Positions 13,218 to 25,810 of a DNA stretch of 64,000 bases are shown here, piece after piece. Position 1 is the first letter of the stretch, and the number at the start of each line of letters is the position of its first letter. The position numbers were made by a program, and so were the translations under genes. The notes below the pieces were generated by a model. The model was not told where the DNA came from. It was given only the letters and a program-made list of their open reading frames with translations, and did no database searches. Origin of the DNA: Camelus ferus (taxonomy: Eukaryota); the NCBI RefSeq assembly GCF_009834535.1, contig NC_045696.1:56236001-56300000 (forward strand), written 5' to 3'.

Positions 13218-15064
13218 AAAGGCATTACAGCACAATGGTTCTAAGCCACCTGAGTGTGTATTACTTGGAAAACTCAACCAGTATTAAAAATTTGATGGGA
13301 CAGAGTAGTTGGAACTTTTATTTTGCTTTGTTTTATTAACTTATTAAACATGCCTGGTACCCATTCCAAACCTATTAAAAACAAAAGCCTATGGAAGTCA
13401 GACCTAATATGTTTATGTTTATAAAACACCCCAAGTGATTCTATTGTCAACATGATGCAAAAGAGCTAGGAACAATTGAGTTAAATAGACTGGTCTGACT
13501 GCTGCTTCGGCACATAACACAACTTCTTTGCACTCCAACTTCCTCAAATGTAAAATGAGAGGGGTTAGACTTGACAGACAAGAGCATGAATCAAAATACT
13601 AGAGTCACTTTCAGCTCAAAATTTCTTTCTCCTCTACATGAACATAAGTTTGAACTAAAATGATTTCTAAACCACATACTCCTTTACTTAAACTTAAGAT
13701 AGACAAATACTTTTTATTGTTTTAACTAAAGTGATACAAGACCTATAAACAAGACCTAACCTGTTTTAGCTGATCAAATAAGCCAATCCTTTTTCTATCA
13801 CAACTCTCTCCCCACAAGAACAAGAGCATTCAGGTCTTTTGCAACTGCCTGAGGTACTGAAAAAGATCATCAAGAGTATAAATTAAGAATCTGAGATAAC
13901 TAAGAAATCAGACACTCCCCAGAAGGCAATCCAATAGACAGGTTGCCATTATCTCTCACTGGCAGCAAATCTCTCATATTTCCTAACATTCACACAAGCA
14001 AAGACCAGCATACATGAAACTCAATGCCAACACGGTTCAATTTCCTTGTGTTAAAATTAGTCTAAGTATCATGCTGAATGTCAAAAGTTTCATCCTAGAA
14101 AACTAAAATTTACCATCTACCCTCAAGCATCTAGCACATTATACAACACCTGTGTATCGTATCACATAATATATATACAGTGGACAATCAGGTATTTTTA
14201 TTTAATTTATAGTTATCAAATAGTTGTTGAACATTTACTATATATCAGGCACTATGCTGAGCAGTGGAATAGAAGAGTGAGCAAAATCAAGCCCCTGTCT
14301 TCATGAAGTTTATACTCCAGAACAGAAGACAAACTAATATACACCAGGTGATAATAACTGCAATTAAAATAAATAAAGCAAGGTAAAGGCATTTATTAAC
14401 TGGGAGGGGCCACAAGAGCACCTTCTGGAGTGATGATGAAAATGTTCTATACTTCACTTGATCTGCATGGAATCATGTTCACTGAGTTGTGCACTTAGGC
14501 TTTGAGTAATCTGCTATATATAAGTTGTATCTCCAAGCATCTTTTAAAGCTTGCTAAAAGCAACACCTAGAAGACCAACCCCACCAGCTCCAATCATGAT
14601 TTCCTCCTGATTACCACAATTATTAATATACTACCAGGTATGGGGAAATATACCCTCACTGCTAAATAAAATTATACCATCGACAGCCACACACATGAAT
14701 TTATTTCATTATGTATATTTAACTTTTCAATTGTAATGCACTTGTTTCTACTGCCCCACAGTTCTTTGCTTAAAGTCAATCATTTAGTAAGTACCTACTG
14801 TATACACACAAGTTAAGCCAAAAGAAAATGAAACTCTTGCCTCAACTTCCAGTAGAAGATAAAAATAGGATGGTCCTAAAAGGGAGTTCTACAACTAATA
14901 TGATAAATCTAAAATGGGATATATGTCTTAAAAAAAAAAAACTTTAACCATTTTGTACTTCCTCCTTTCCCCATTGACCTCAAAAATCCCAGTGTTTTGT
15001 TTTAAAGATGAAAACAAAGAACAAAAGAACTGTGCACTCAAATCATTCCATAATCCATAGAGAA

Positions 15065-15285
15065 AAAGTCCAGTGTACTGACCAAGGGCATCTAGTTTGG
15101 TTCCACCATTTACTACCTGTAGTACCTTAGCCAAGTTTATTCATGTCACTTCCCTGTGCCTTGAGCCTGTCATCTATAAAATAAGGATAACAGAATCTAC
15201 CTCATAGGTTATAAATGAGTTAATTTCTGTACTGTGCTTAGAACAGCCGCTAGCATAAAAAACACCAGAAAGGTGGCTACAATGA
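15065..15285 (+). mobile_element. MIR SINE followed by CTC/CTT simple repeat
   Basis: ACCTTAGCCAAGT...CTATAAAATAAGGATAACAG...CTCATAGGTT...GTGCTTAGAACAG. Confidence 0.75.
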
Positions 15286-15769
15286 CTCCTCCTCCTCCTA
15301 CTACTTCTTCTTCTACTTCTACTGGTAGGAATCCTACCAGGGCTGGCACCTAGATCCCACAAACAGGCATACTAAACTAGTAAAGAAAAAGTATAGATAG
15401 CTAACAGCTAATGGCAATAACAGCATGCCATTTTTGGTCCCATTTACACCCAGACTAACTCAGTAGTTTTAAAATGACTTTGTCTTGTAATATTGCATCA
15501 GCCTAGCACATTCCACCTAACTTGTTCCTTATATCTGCACTATGTAAACAGATCATATGATGCCAAATTAACGGCACAAAATATTCAAGTAAAATCAATT
15601 AAATTCCCCAGTAAAAAAGAGGAAAAAATGCTTCTATATGACAAGGGAGGAAGGTTAGTAATTAAAGCAAACCAACTTCCTTTTTAATGGGTTTAGCCAG
15701 GTAGCCTCTCTTTGGTAAGTATCCATTCTCCCCAAAAGGAATCTTTTGCTTCTTTATCTAGATGACAAT

Positions 15770-17300
15770 TCAAATCGAGAATTTAACCAATATCTGTACC
15801 TACTATGGATCTAGCATTTTCATAGATACAACCAGAAGACGTAAAAGTTGTTTACGACATAATTTCTGCCATGACAGACTAGTTAGGAAAAGTTCAACAC
15901 AAAAGCAATCAATTCATTCAGACAACAAATAATTCTTGAAGGAGTAGTTCAGTATCAGGCTCCAGGCCCGACTCAGGGCTGGTTTTAAAGTCTACTAGGG
16001 GAATACTGTTAAATGGATAAAACTGAACAATGGGTATGCTAAGTACAACAAAAGTTGTAGAAGGTATGAAGGAAGCAAGAAGAGGGAATAATCTAGAATG
16101 TCAGAAGATTCCTTAGGAAAATAACATCTATACTAGATTTTGAGAGATATATAAATTTACCACAAAGAGAAGAGATAACATTTCAGGAACATACCAGAGA
16201 GACTGAGATGCCTTCTGAATGAGAAAGTAAGCCAAGAGAGGTAGGCAGGGACTTTATGCCATGATAAGGGTTTTAAACTTTATTCTGTAAGGAATGAATA
16301 GCAAATAAAAGATTCACGCAAGGGTATATATATGGTCTGACTTCTGCACATTTACCTTGGTGAGAGAGAAGAGTAGACATGCTAGAGACAGAAAATTCAA
16401 TGGTAGGCACATCTCTGTAAAAGGTCTGACAGTAAGTATTACAGGCTTCGCAGGCCATGGTCTCTGTCACAACTCTACAACTCTATCTTTGTGGCATAAT
16501 AAGAGCCACAGACAATGAATACCTAAACCAACAAGCAAGGCTGTACTTTCATAAAACTTGATTCTACAAAAACTGGCAGCAGCTGACCATATTTGGTCTG
16601 TGAGCTATACAATTTGTGAACACCTGTCTAGGTAAAAAGTGATAAGGTCCTAAAGTGAGGGCTACAGAAATTAAAAGAAATAGATTCCAGAGATATTTAG
16701 GGGGTGGGATGGATGTGAAGAATCACTACCAGTGAAGAATTAGGTATGCATATGAGGAGGAAACAACTCTGACCCCTGGGAACAAACCCAGGGATCTCTA
16801 TGGATGATGGTGCCATTTACCAAGATAGAGAACAGAAGGGCAATATTCAGATTTCATTTTGTTTAAGAAAAGAGAGTGGGTAAGGAGAGAAACTGATTAC
16901 AATTTTAACATGTTCAGTTTAAAGTGATTGTGAAATATCCAGGTGGTAATTCCAGAAGGTCTAGAATTCTGACGAGATCTGGGCTACAGATCTAATTTGG
17001 CCACAGTTAGATCACCCAGGGAGAAGGAAGGTGGATAGAGTAACAACAAAGGGCTGAGGTCAAAATACAAACGTTAGGAAGAGGGCTCTCCTCCTTCTTC
17101 CTATAAGGGAAGCATTGTGCGGGAAAGACTGAGGGGAAACAACGTGAGAGATGGAAGAGCAGTTTCAGTGAAGTGGAGTGCTAAGGTTCACTGCAGCTAA
17201 ATTAAACTACCAGATACAGTTTTGTGAGGAGGAAGAAATTAGTGGGCCAAATACTGAAGAGGTCTAATAGGATTTAGGATATTCTGGGCAGAAAGAACAT
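15770..17300 (-). mobile_element. L2 LINE, fragmented (MER58 inserted)
   Basis: Purine-rich L2 antisense motifs such as GGATGATGGTGCCATTTACCAAGATAGAGAA and GATCACCCAGGGAGA. Confidence 0.7.
16398..16626. mobile_element. MER58A-like hAT MITE
   Basis: TCTGTAAAAGGTCTGACAGTAAGTATT...ATAAAACTTGATTCTACAAAAACTGGCAGC...GAACACCTG; similar to copy at 31265. Confidence 0.78.
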
Positions 17301-17329
17301 AAACAGACACACAGTGCTTAAAAACAAAT

Positions 17330-17565
17330 GACAGTCCAGAATAGGTAAATCCATATGGACAGAAAGCAGATTGCTGTTTGCCAGGAGTTTACAGGAAGAC
17401 TGAATGGGGACTGATAGCTCATGGGTACAGATTTTTCTTTTTAGGTGATGAAATGTATGGAATTTAATAAAGGTGGTGGCTGCATACTGTGAATGTAAAT
17501 ACATGTTTACTTTAAAGTGTTTAATTTTTTTCTTGTGTCAATTTCATCTCAATTTTTAAAAAATG
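17330..17565 (+). mobile_element. L1M 3' end fragment
   Basis: GTCCAGAATAGGTAAATCCATATGGACAGAAAGCAGATT...CATCTCAATTTTTAAAAAA. Confidence 0.75.
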
Positions 17566-17929
17566 ACAGGGAGAAAAATCAGTGGGCAAGCCAGAGAACA
17601 GAACACTGGGAAATAAAACTGAATGGCCTATGACAAACCAGATTATTAAAAGTCTTCAAAGAAAGGCAGAAAAATTAATCAGATGAAAATAGACAACAGA
17701 GGGCAATTTTAGGCATCTCTTCCAGTTTTCTTAACTAGAATGGGACATAGCGCAACTGTTTAATTAGGGAACCCAATCTGCATTATGTGGGAAAGCTGTA
17801 ACTGTGATGGAACTAAGACAAAAACTGTTGTATATATAGCACAGCTACTCAGTGGAGTAAATATATGCTTTATCATTAATAAAGGTTAAAAACAAAGTAT
17901 ATGATTAGGTAATTGAAAAAGGAAGGAGA

Positions 17930-18450
17930 CTGACTGCAGAAGTTCCCCTAATTTTTCAGGTCTCCCTGTATTTACAAGCTTTGCAGTGTGACTTCGTAGT
18001 TTTTCCCTACCACTTGAATCTGATCTAGACTGATGCCATGCTTTGGTGAATAGAAGGCAGTAAAAATGACAGTTTGCCAGTTTCTGAGGCTAGGCCTCAA
18101 GAACTTCTGCATGCTTCCACATTTCCCTCTTGAAAATAATGCTCTGCCACAGTGGAACAAGCCCAATCCAGCCTGCAGGGTATCTAAAGACTTGTGGTCC
18201 AGTCACCTTGCTACCTCAGCCAACATGTAGCTAACCACCAGACATGACTGAGACCACACTAGACAAGTTAGTCTTAGCCAGTCTGCTGGTTAAGCCATGA
18301 GAAATATGAGCAAGCCCATATAAGATCACTTAAGCCTGGCCCAGATTAGCAGAACTACCCAGCTTATCCAAAGACTCATAAGCAGTAACAAGTGATGGTT
18401 GTTTTAAACTAAGTTCTGGAATGGTTTGTTATATCTTAATAGTTAACATA
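17930..18450 (+). mobile_element. Old MaLR LTR (MLT1F/G/H-like)
   Basis: TTTGCAGTGTGACTT, GAGGCTAGGCCTCAAGA, GGTTGTTTTAAACTAAGTTCTGGAATGGTTTGTTA. Confidence 0.7.
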
Positions 18451-21099
18451 CCCTAACGATAGTACTAGTAGTGATATCAGGTAAAGACCATGAATCTGGT
18501 ATAAAAGCTAGATTCATGTCATCAAATACCCATTTGTTCAGTGTTTATAGATACGCGACCTGTATCTTAAAAGAGAAAAAGTAAATCTATCTATTAAATT
18601 CTTACAATTACTTTGTGATTGAGAATGTGAAAACCAATCTATTAAGCCAACACCACCCCTTTTTCTAAAATTTTAGCAACTTAAAAAACATTAAAAACAT
18701 AATTGCAAGTTTTGATAACATGACATGTCTTTGGAAAACAACTATCACATACTGGCCACTGGCTGTACTTAAAGGGGAGGAATTTATATGGCTAACTGAA
18801 ATTGGAGTTTTTAGGGTTTTTTTCCTTTTAAGTAAGGGAATTATCAATAAAAAAAAAGAACAGATAAATAAAAATAAAATTTTTAAAAGGGAATTATTCA
18901 GAGGTTTCTAAATTTTCCAGGTCTTATTACTGTGACTTTTAATTTTCAAAAGTACTATATCATAAGAGCAACTTATAAATACAAGACAATCAAATCTTAC
19001 TTCAACAAGTCAAAAAAACTAAAACTTACTAATTCAATACCTCCCACAAGTGGTACAACAGTGTTCTCATCTGGCAGGCATCTAACATATTTCAACAGAG
19101 GACAGAGATCTCATCTCCCCTTCAATGAAAAACTAGCACTGCTTTAATGGTCAAGTCACTAACCTATCACTGCCAAAGCCAACAAGCTCTACCTACTGCT
19201 GAGAGAGTAATTTTGTATGCAAAGCAAGAACCATCATAAAAAGAACTTATGATTCATTTGGTATGACTGCAGACATGGAGAGACTTGAAAATAGGAAGCA
19301 CTTTTTTTTTAAGGCAATGAAACCTTCAATAATTTCTTAAATCATTCCTGAATTTAACATGGTCTTTTTACTAAGCCAGTTATCAATAAAAGTAAAACCT
19401 GTTTTACGGCATTTAAAACAAGTGAAAATCCTGTGTTTGTTTAGCAGCTTTAAACTTTAAACATAATTAACGTATCCAGAGAAATTCTCAGAATAAACAA
19501 TTAAGTTTACTATTTTTAAACATACTAAATGTTCCTCTCCTTTATACAGGGGGTCTGTTGCTGTTAGAAAAGTTCAATGGCGAGGGCTACATTACAAATG
19601 TACTTGTATGTACATTCACAAAAGCTACAAAACAGGATTTTCCATCAATGTTTTACTATACCAAAAAAGGTACAGATTCTCAATAGACTCAAATGTTTAA
19701 AATAATCGTACAGTTTATCTAAAAGAAGAAAGAAAAGAATGACTAAATCAATGGTTATTGAATACTAGATAATTTCATTCTCCGTCTCTCTTAAGAGCTC
19801 GTCTTTTATAAAAAGGTGAATATAAGCTTTCTCAGGCCATGGCACAAACTCCTAACTTCCTGTCCTCCAAGCACTATCCTGAGTTAAATTACAGGTTACT
19901 CAGTAGTTTTGATACTAAGCCTGCAATATGCAAGAGCCTCACTGGGTTACATTAATTTCCTGTCCTAAAATAGCTAGTCTACGACTACCTCTATTCTCCT
20001 ACACATACGCTTTTCAAGTAAAATATCCCATATTATAATTCTGGTTCATTTTCACCCCCCCTCATTTTAAAATACTACTTAGTATTCAGTCCAAAAATAA
20101 AGGGATTACAGAACCAACTGGAGAAAAACAGTGTTTCAAATGCCTATGAGAAAAACTTTCACTAAAAAGCTATACCACCTATCTGGGGAAATAAATCTCC
20201 TTGTTTATATATGCTGCAAATTCCCACTGCCCTACCAGACACATAAAACATACTCTATGATTCTATTTTAATCTATTTCCTTTTCAAATATAGTAACACC
20301 CTTCTAATCAAGAAGACTTCCAGAAGCATTAAGCTTAGAAAATCAAAACCCTGGGGACAGATGTCCTCCATGATGATCCTGTGATGTAAGTATTAATACT
20401 ATCATTTTGAAAATAAAGAAAGTCAAGTTTTGAAAGTAAGTCATTTGTTCAAAGTGGAGTTGGGATTTTAAAGCAATCTAACTATGGAGCTCTACATCCT
20501 TTAAGTAAAACAGTACAGAAAATCATATATATACATATATATACAACAGACTAAACTTTATGGAAGCAACCCCCAGATCTTCCTTACAATCTACTGATTA
20601 AAATCAGTAATCTCACTCAGAGCACAATTCTAATGATGATATAGATTTCCCAGCTTACAGTTAGAGCATATTTGTACAAACAGGTGGTATTAATGCTACG
20701 ACCAACCACATTAATAAGTTGGGGCGGGGGGGTGATGGGGTATGGACAAATGCACATGCAAGGAAAAGATGAAACTGACCATCAAAAAACAACTGCATGG
20801 TTATATTAAATAGCCCTAAGCTATTGTATTTTGGAATGGGGCTGTTTCTATGTCCTTCAGTAGAACAGTAGAGTAAATGATATACACAACTGAATTATCA
20901 TTATAAGGTATCAAAAATCATAGTCAGCATTATCTAAAGTATATTAAGAACAATTTTTACAAAAAGGGCAAACAAAAAGTTTGAAATCGTTTCTCTAGAA
21001 AGTTCAAGATAATGGTATTTTCCAATCTCTCGGTTCAATCTCTTATTCTCTCCCTTCTTCTTCCTTAGAACATAAACATTCTCAAATCCCTGTTTTTGT

Positions 21100-22065
21100 C
21101 CACTTCTAATTTGCACTTCCCTAGCTTCATAAGCAAGCTTCTAAAAGTAGCCAACACTATCTTCTACTTCCTCACTTTTATCCTCTTTGCCATAGCTTGT
21201 ATACCCAGCTCCCCACCTAAGCTGTCATTGCTTAAATCAACAATGTCTCCTTATTCCTAAATCTAAAGAGGTGTTTTCAGGTGTTATTTGTCTTTTTAAG
21301 CAGGATTTAACACTTCAGGTCCCCTACTTCTCTGCCCTGGTCCTTCTTTAAATTCTGGTCAGTTGCACTCTACACACCACTCTTCTGTTTTCCCTCTTCT
21401 GACTACTTTTTGCTAGATTCATTTTCCTTTGCCTGTCTTTCAAATGCTGGAGGGTCCCTGTCCTTGTCTTCTATTAAGAATTCTCAAAGGATGATCTTAA
21501 TCATTCAACTACTTCTGCTACACTGCTAACTCTCTAGCCCACAAAACTCTCCTAGAAGCTTTCCAATGCCTCCCACACATCACCACCTGAATATTTCCAG
21601 GCCCCTCAAACTCAACACGGCCACAACATAACTCATCTTGAAAAGCAAAGGAATAGAGACTTACAAAGTATAGATGTGCAGGGGTTTTATTTTGTTGGGA
21701 GTAGAGTATATGCCCTATTTTAGTAAACATTATTATCCACCTTGTCTTCCAAGTCAAATAGCTGGGAGTCATTCTTGACTCCTTCCTTCACTCGACCCAG
21801 AGAGCTAAGTAAGTCATCAAATACTAAAGGAAGACAGTACAGCCTTAGCCTTCTCAAGACCACCCTCTTCTCTTCACTCCCCCAACATTTTTCAACAATA
21901 GCTTGCTTAGGCTCTCCCATAATACTCATAATTGCTTATAGCTATAATAATACTTATCACAAAACATGTTTATTATCTCTTCATTAACCTGCAAATTTAG
22001 TGACAGGGGAAACGGTGTCTTGTTCTTTTTATCCAAAGCACCTAGGAACACACAAAAAATAATAA
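21100..22065 (+). mobile_element. L2 LINE fragment
   Basis: Pyrimidine-rich L2 motifs (CTCAAACTCAACACGGCC, GGGAGTCATTCTTGACTCCTTCCTT) ending AGCACCTAGGAACAC...AATAAACAT. Confidence 0.7.
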
Positions 22066-22559
22066 ACATTAAGTCTGGTGAGCGAGGGAATTGCAAGAAG
22101 CAAAGCAGCACACCAAAAGATGTACAATTTATTAAGCCTGGAGTAGGAATTTATGTGTAGTTCAACTTGCTAGCATTTTTCAATACTGAAGTAATCTCCA
22201 TCACAGCACAGCAATAACAGCACATCTGCAGCACTCTGAATATTCAAAGTGACAAATTATTCTTTTCTTGTGTATGCTTCTATGCACATTTTAAATTTCC
22301 TACAATGATTATACATCACTTTCATAACTGGTGAGCAAACAGTATTATTTAGAGTAATATGCCACAATCATGGGTATAAATGAAAAATCTTTTATATTTT
22401 TAAGGACAATATGTGTGAAACTGAAAGTTGGAGTTGGGGGAATACATCAGGAACCTAAGAAAATATACCAAATTAGAGATACAACATTAAGCAAAGATTG
22501 CTAAGACTACTGCTTTCAATGAAAGTTAAGCTCAGCCAGTAACAACTGAGAAAAGGTAG

Positions 22560-23900
22560 GTAAGTTTACAACTTCATTACAGTCAGTCAATGATTTATAA
22601 GAAAATGGGACTTTCAAAAGACGTTGGCTAACATGGGGGGCGGGAGGGTTATACTCAAATTCATTCCAGATTTAAATTCAGTCATAAAAATACAAGAAGA
22701 AAATATAATTGAATATTTATATCAGCAGTTCTCAAAGTGTAGTCTAGATCTCTGAATTGTTTCATGAGGCCCATGAAGCCAAAACAATTTTCATAATAAT
22801 ATTTCACATAACATAACAATGCTTTCTACTCTCACTCTCTTTGCAAAGAGATTTTCAAAAATGTAAAATTTGGAAAATATAATTTTTTTAATTAAAAATG
22901 TTTAACATGTAGAGGACTTACTGTTTTCTAATAAATATTTTATAAATTTCTCAGTTTTAAATTATAGAAAGGAAAGGAAATTATAACGTGGCAAATATCA
23001 ACAGATATAACTCACATGAATAAGAGCTCTTTAGGGCCCTGAATAGTTTTTAAGAGTACAAAGGGGTCCTGAGGCTAAGAAGTTTGAGAACTGATATATA
23101 TAGTTTGGAGAAGGGCAAGAAGCTTCTCTAAGCATGACCCCAAAGCTAGAAGACCAAAAGATGTGTTGATATAAATTTTTTAAACTTTTATGCATCTAAA
23201 AATAAACATAAGCAAAATTACAAGAAAAATTGACAATCTGGGAGGTAACACAATATACAGTAATGTGTTCACAGTATTCATGTATGAAGAGCTCTTTTCA
23301 CATTCACTAAGGAAAAGACAAATACCCTCCAAAATGGGAATGACAATATGAAAACTAATGGGGAAACAGTATAATAAGCAAGGAGTCAATATGCATGTAG
23401 AAAAATAACCCTCAAACTTATTAGTAATCAAAGCAATGTAAAACTGATCAAATCAACAATGATGTTTATTAACATAATCTAATTCAGTGAGAGTGCAGGA
23501 GAACAGGTGTCCATATAAATTAGTTAGGAACACAAATAGTCACCATATCTCCAGAGTGCAACACCACAACACGGATCAGAAATCTTAAGTGTACATACTC
23601 CTCAACCTCCAACTCTACCTTAATAGGATAAAAACTTACGAAAAGGTACGCTACAAGAATACTTACTGAGGCATTATTTACAAATGCAAAAGAGAAAACT
23701 AGAAACAACTAAACATCTACCAAGAAGGGGATGGCTGAATATATTATAGCATCCCACTGTATGGATTAATTATTATCTGATGATTTAAAATGTATTTATA
23801 TGAAAAGATACCTTTGATATAATAGGTTTCAAAAAGGCAGTTATAATTTCTGATGATTCATTTCAGTAGAAGATAATATATCTGTGTGAAAAGATCTAAG
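22560..23900 (+). mobile_element. Highly decayed L1ME-like fragment
   Basis: TTCTCTAAGCATGACCCCAAAGC...TTAGTAATCAAAGCAATG...GCATTATTTACAAATGCAAAA. Confidence 0.6.
22723..23096. mobile_element. Internally deleted Charlie1-like hAT transposon inside an old L1
   Basis: TIRs CAGCAGTTCTCAAAG / AGTTTGAGAACTGA with Charlie1-type subterminal AAAGGGGTCCTGAG. Confidence 0.75.
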
Positions 23901-25494
23901 ATGTGCCTGCAATTTTAAGTATGTGCTAAATATTTTATGCTTTATCACATTTAATATTCAAAACTTTATGATGTAGGCTGCCCTCTCTATACCTCAGTTC
24001 TTGTATCTGCAAAACCGAAATAAATAATTTGCCCCCGAACCATGAAAGCCTCAATTCACAAAACCATTAGATGATGGATGCCAGATTTGACTCCAGGTCT
24101 CAGAAACTGGAATCCAAACTATATCATGTTAAGTATCATCTGTACACCAAATGGTTAACAGAGGATCAACAGCACTATCATTCTCCCCAGCCCAGCTACC
24201 TTTCTACCTTTTTACCTTTTCTCTTCTCCTTCATCTTATGCTTCTTGCCATAATGAACATATTTTATTTTTTATAAGAAAAAAAAAGAATTTTTATTTTG
24301 AAATACTGGGGTTCAAAAGCCAAATACTCAATTTGGGGGAAAAAATTTACAGCACAGCTTTCAGTACATCAAGTTATTAAACATTACCTACTGACTTCAA
24401 AAAAAAAAAGGCAGCTTCCTTTGGGAAGTGTCACAAAAAGTTTATAGACTTTAGCATCAATTGGCCTAGTTTAAAATCCACAACTTTTAAGCTATGAACC
24501 TTAAGCAAATGACTTAAACTCTGAGGATTGTTATAAGGGCTACATTAAAAGAATAAAGCAGGCAAAAAGGATAAGATACAAAATAAATGCTAATACCTTC
24601 AAAAGATATATATTCATACAAATTCTAGCTCAACAGCAAAGTGATATTAAAATTATGCTGTGCTTATACATCTCCTCAACATTAGTTAATGGCTCATTTT
24701 CAATTTAAATTTAAATCAAACCCCTAAATACCCAAGAAAATAAATTCTCTTGCTTTTGGGAACCCCATACCTAGGAGAAGCACTATGAAACAAATATTTT
24801 TACTGTCTCATTACTGAATCTGTCCTACTGACTTTTGTTTGCTCAGTAGTTTAGTGGAGTGCCTAGCAAAGAGTTGGCCTAGAGTGCTGGATGAATAAAT
24901 GTGGAGATCTTGGAACACCTAACACTCCGTCTCTCTAATAATGAGTCTCATTATCACTCAAGTATAAAAGATTTCACACAAAGCTGTGGTACTAATTAAC
25001 ATTCAACAACAGTTTTGATTTCAAAAAAGCAATCATGTAGCAAGTTTCATACAACTCATTTCCTCACAACTTGTTATTTTCTAAGAAATGTATCTAAAAA
25101 CACAAAGTCCCTGGGATGAATCTTAAAGTCAAAGAGAGAGCAAGAGAGCTCTTAAACCTTAATCCAGCTCCCTCACAAGGACCAGAAAGGCCAAGATCTC
25201 ACAGCAAGCCAAAGATTCTTCTCCGATTCATTTTATTGGTCTTTTTGTTACTTATTTAGCAAGTTAGTAAATAATATCATAAAAATTAATAATTAAAAAA
25301 ATACCTGTTCTGGAATTATTCAGAAATTAATTCAGAAATTCCAATTTGTCTATAAATTTAATTCTATTACTAGACCAACAATGAAACAACTACACTACAA
25401 AACAACTATGGAATCCTAATCTTCTGTAAACACTTAGAATTCACCTCCATCAACCTTTAAATAGAACATCTAATCATTCCACAAATGAATACTC

Positions 25495-25810
25495 ACTATT
25501 CATTATTCAAAAAATACTCATTGAAATCCTATTATGTGCCAGGCATTGGTCTGAGTTCTGGAAATACACAAGATATTAAAGAAACAAAAATTCGTGCACT
25601 CACTGGAACTTATATTTTAGGCCAGGAAGGTGGGAAGAGCAGACACAAACAAAATAAATGAAGTATATATAACAAGGTGATAATGCTTTAATAAAAAAAA
25701 AAGAGCAGAGGAGGGGAATGAAAAGTGCAGGATCAGAGTGCAGCTACACTTTTAAAATAATGGGTTAAAGAAGGCCTGACTGAGAAAAACATTTTAACAA
25801 GGCCTCAAAG
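25495..25810 (-). mobile_element. L2 3' end fragment
   Basis: ATTCATTATTCAAAAAATACTCATTGAAATCCTATTATGTGCCAGGCATTG. Confidence 0.72.
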
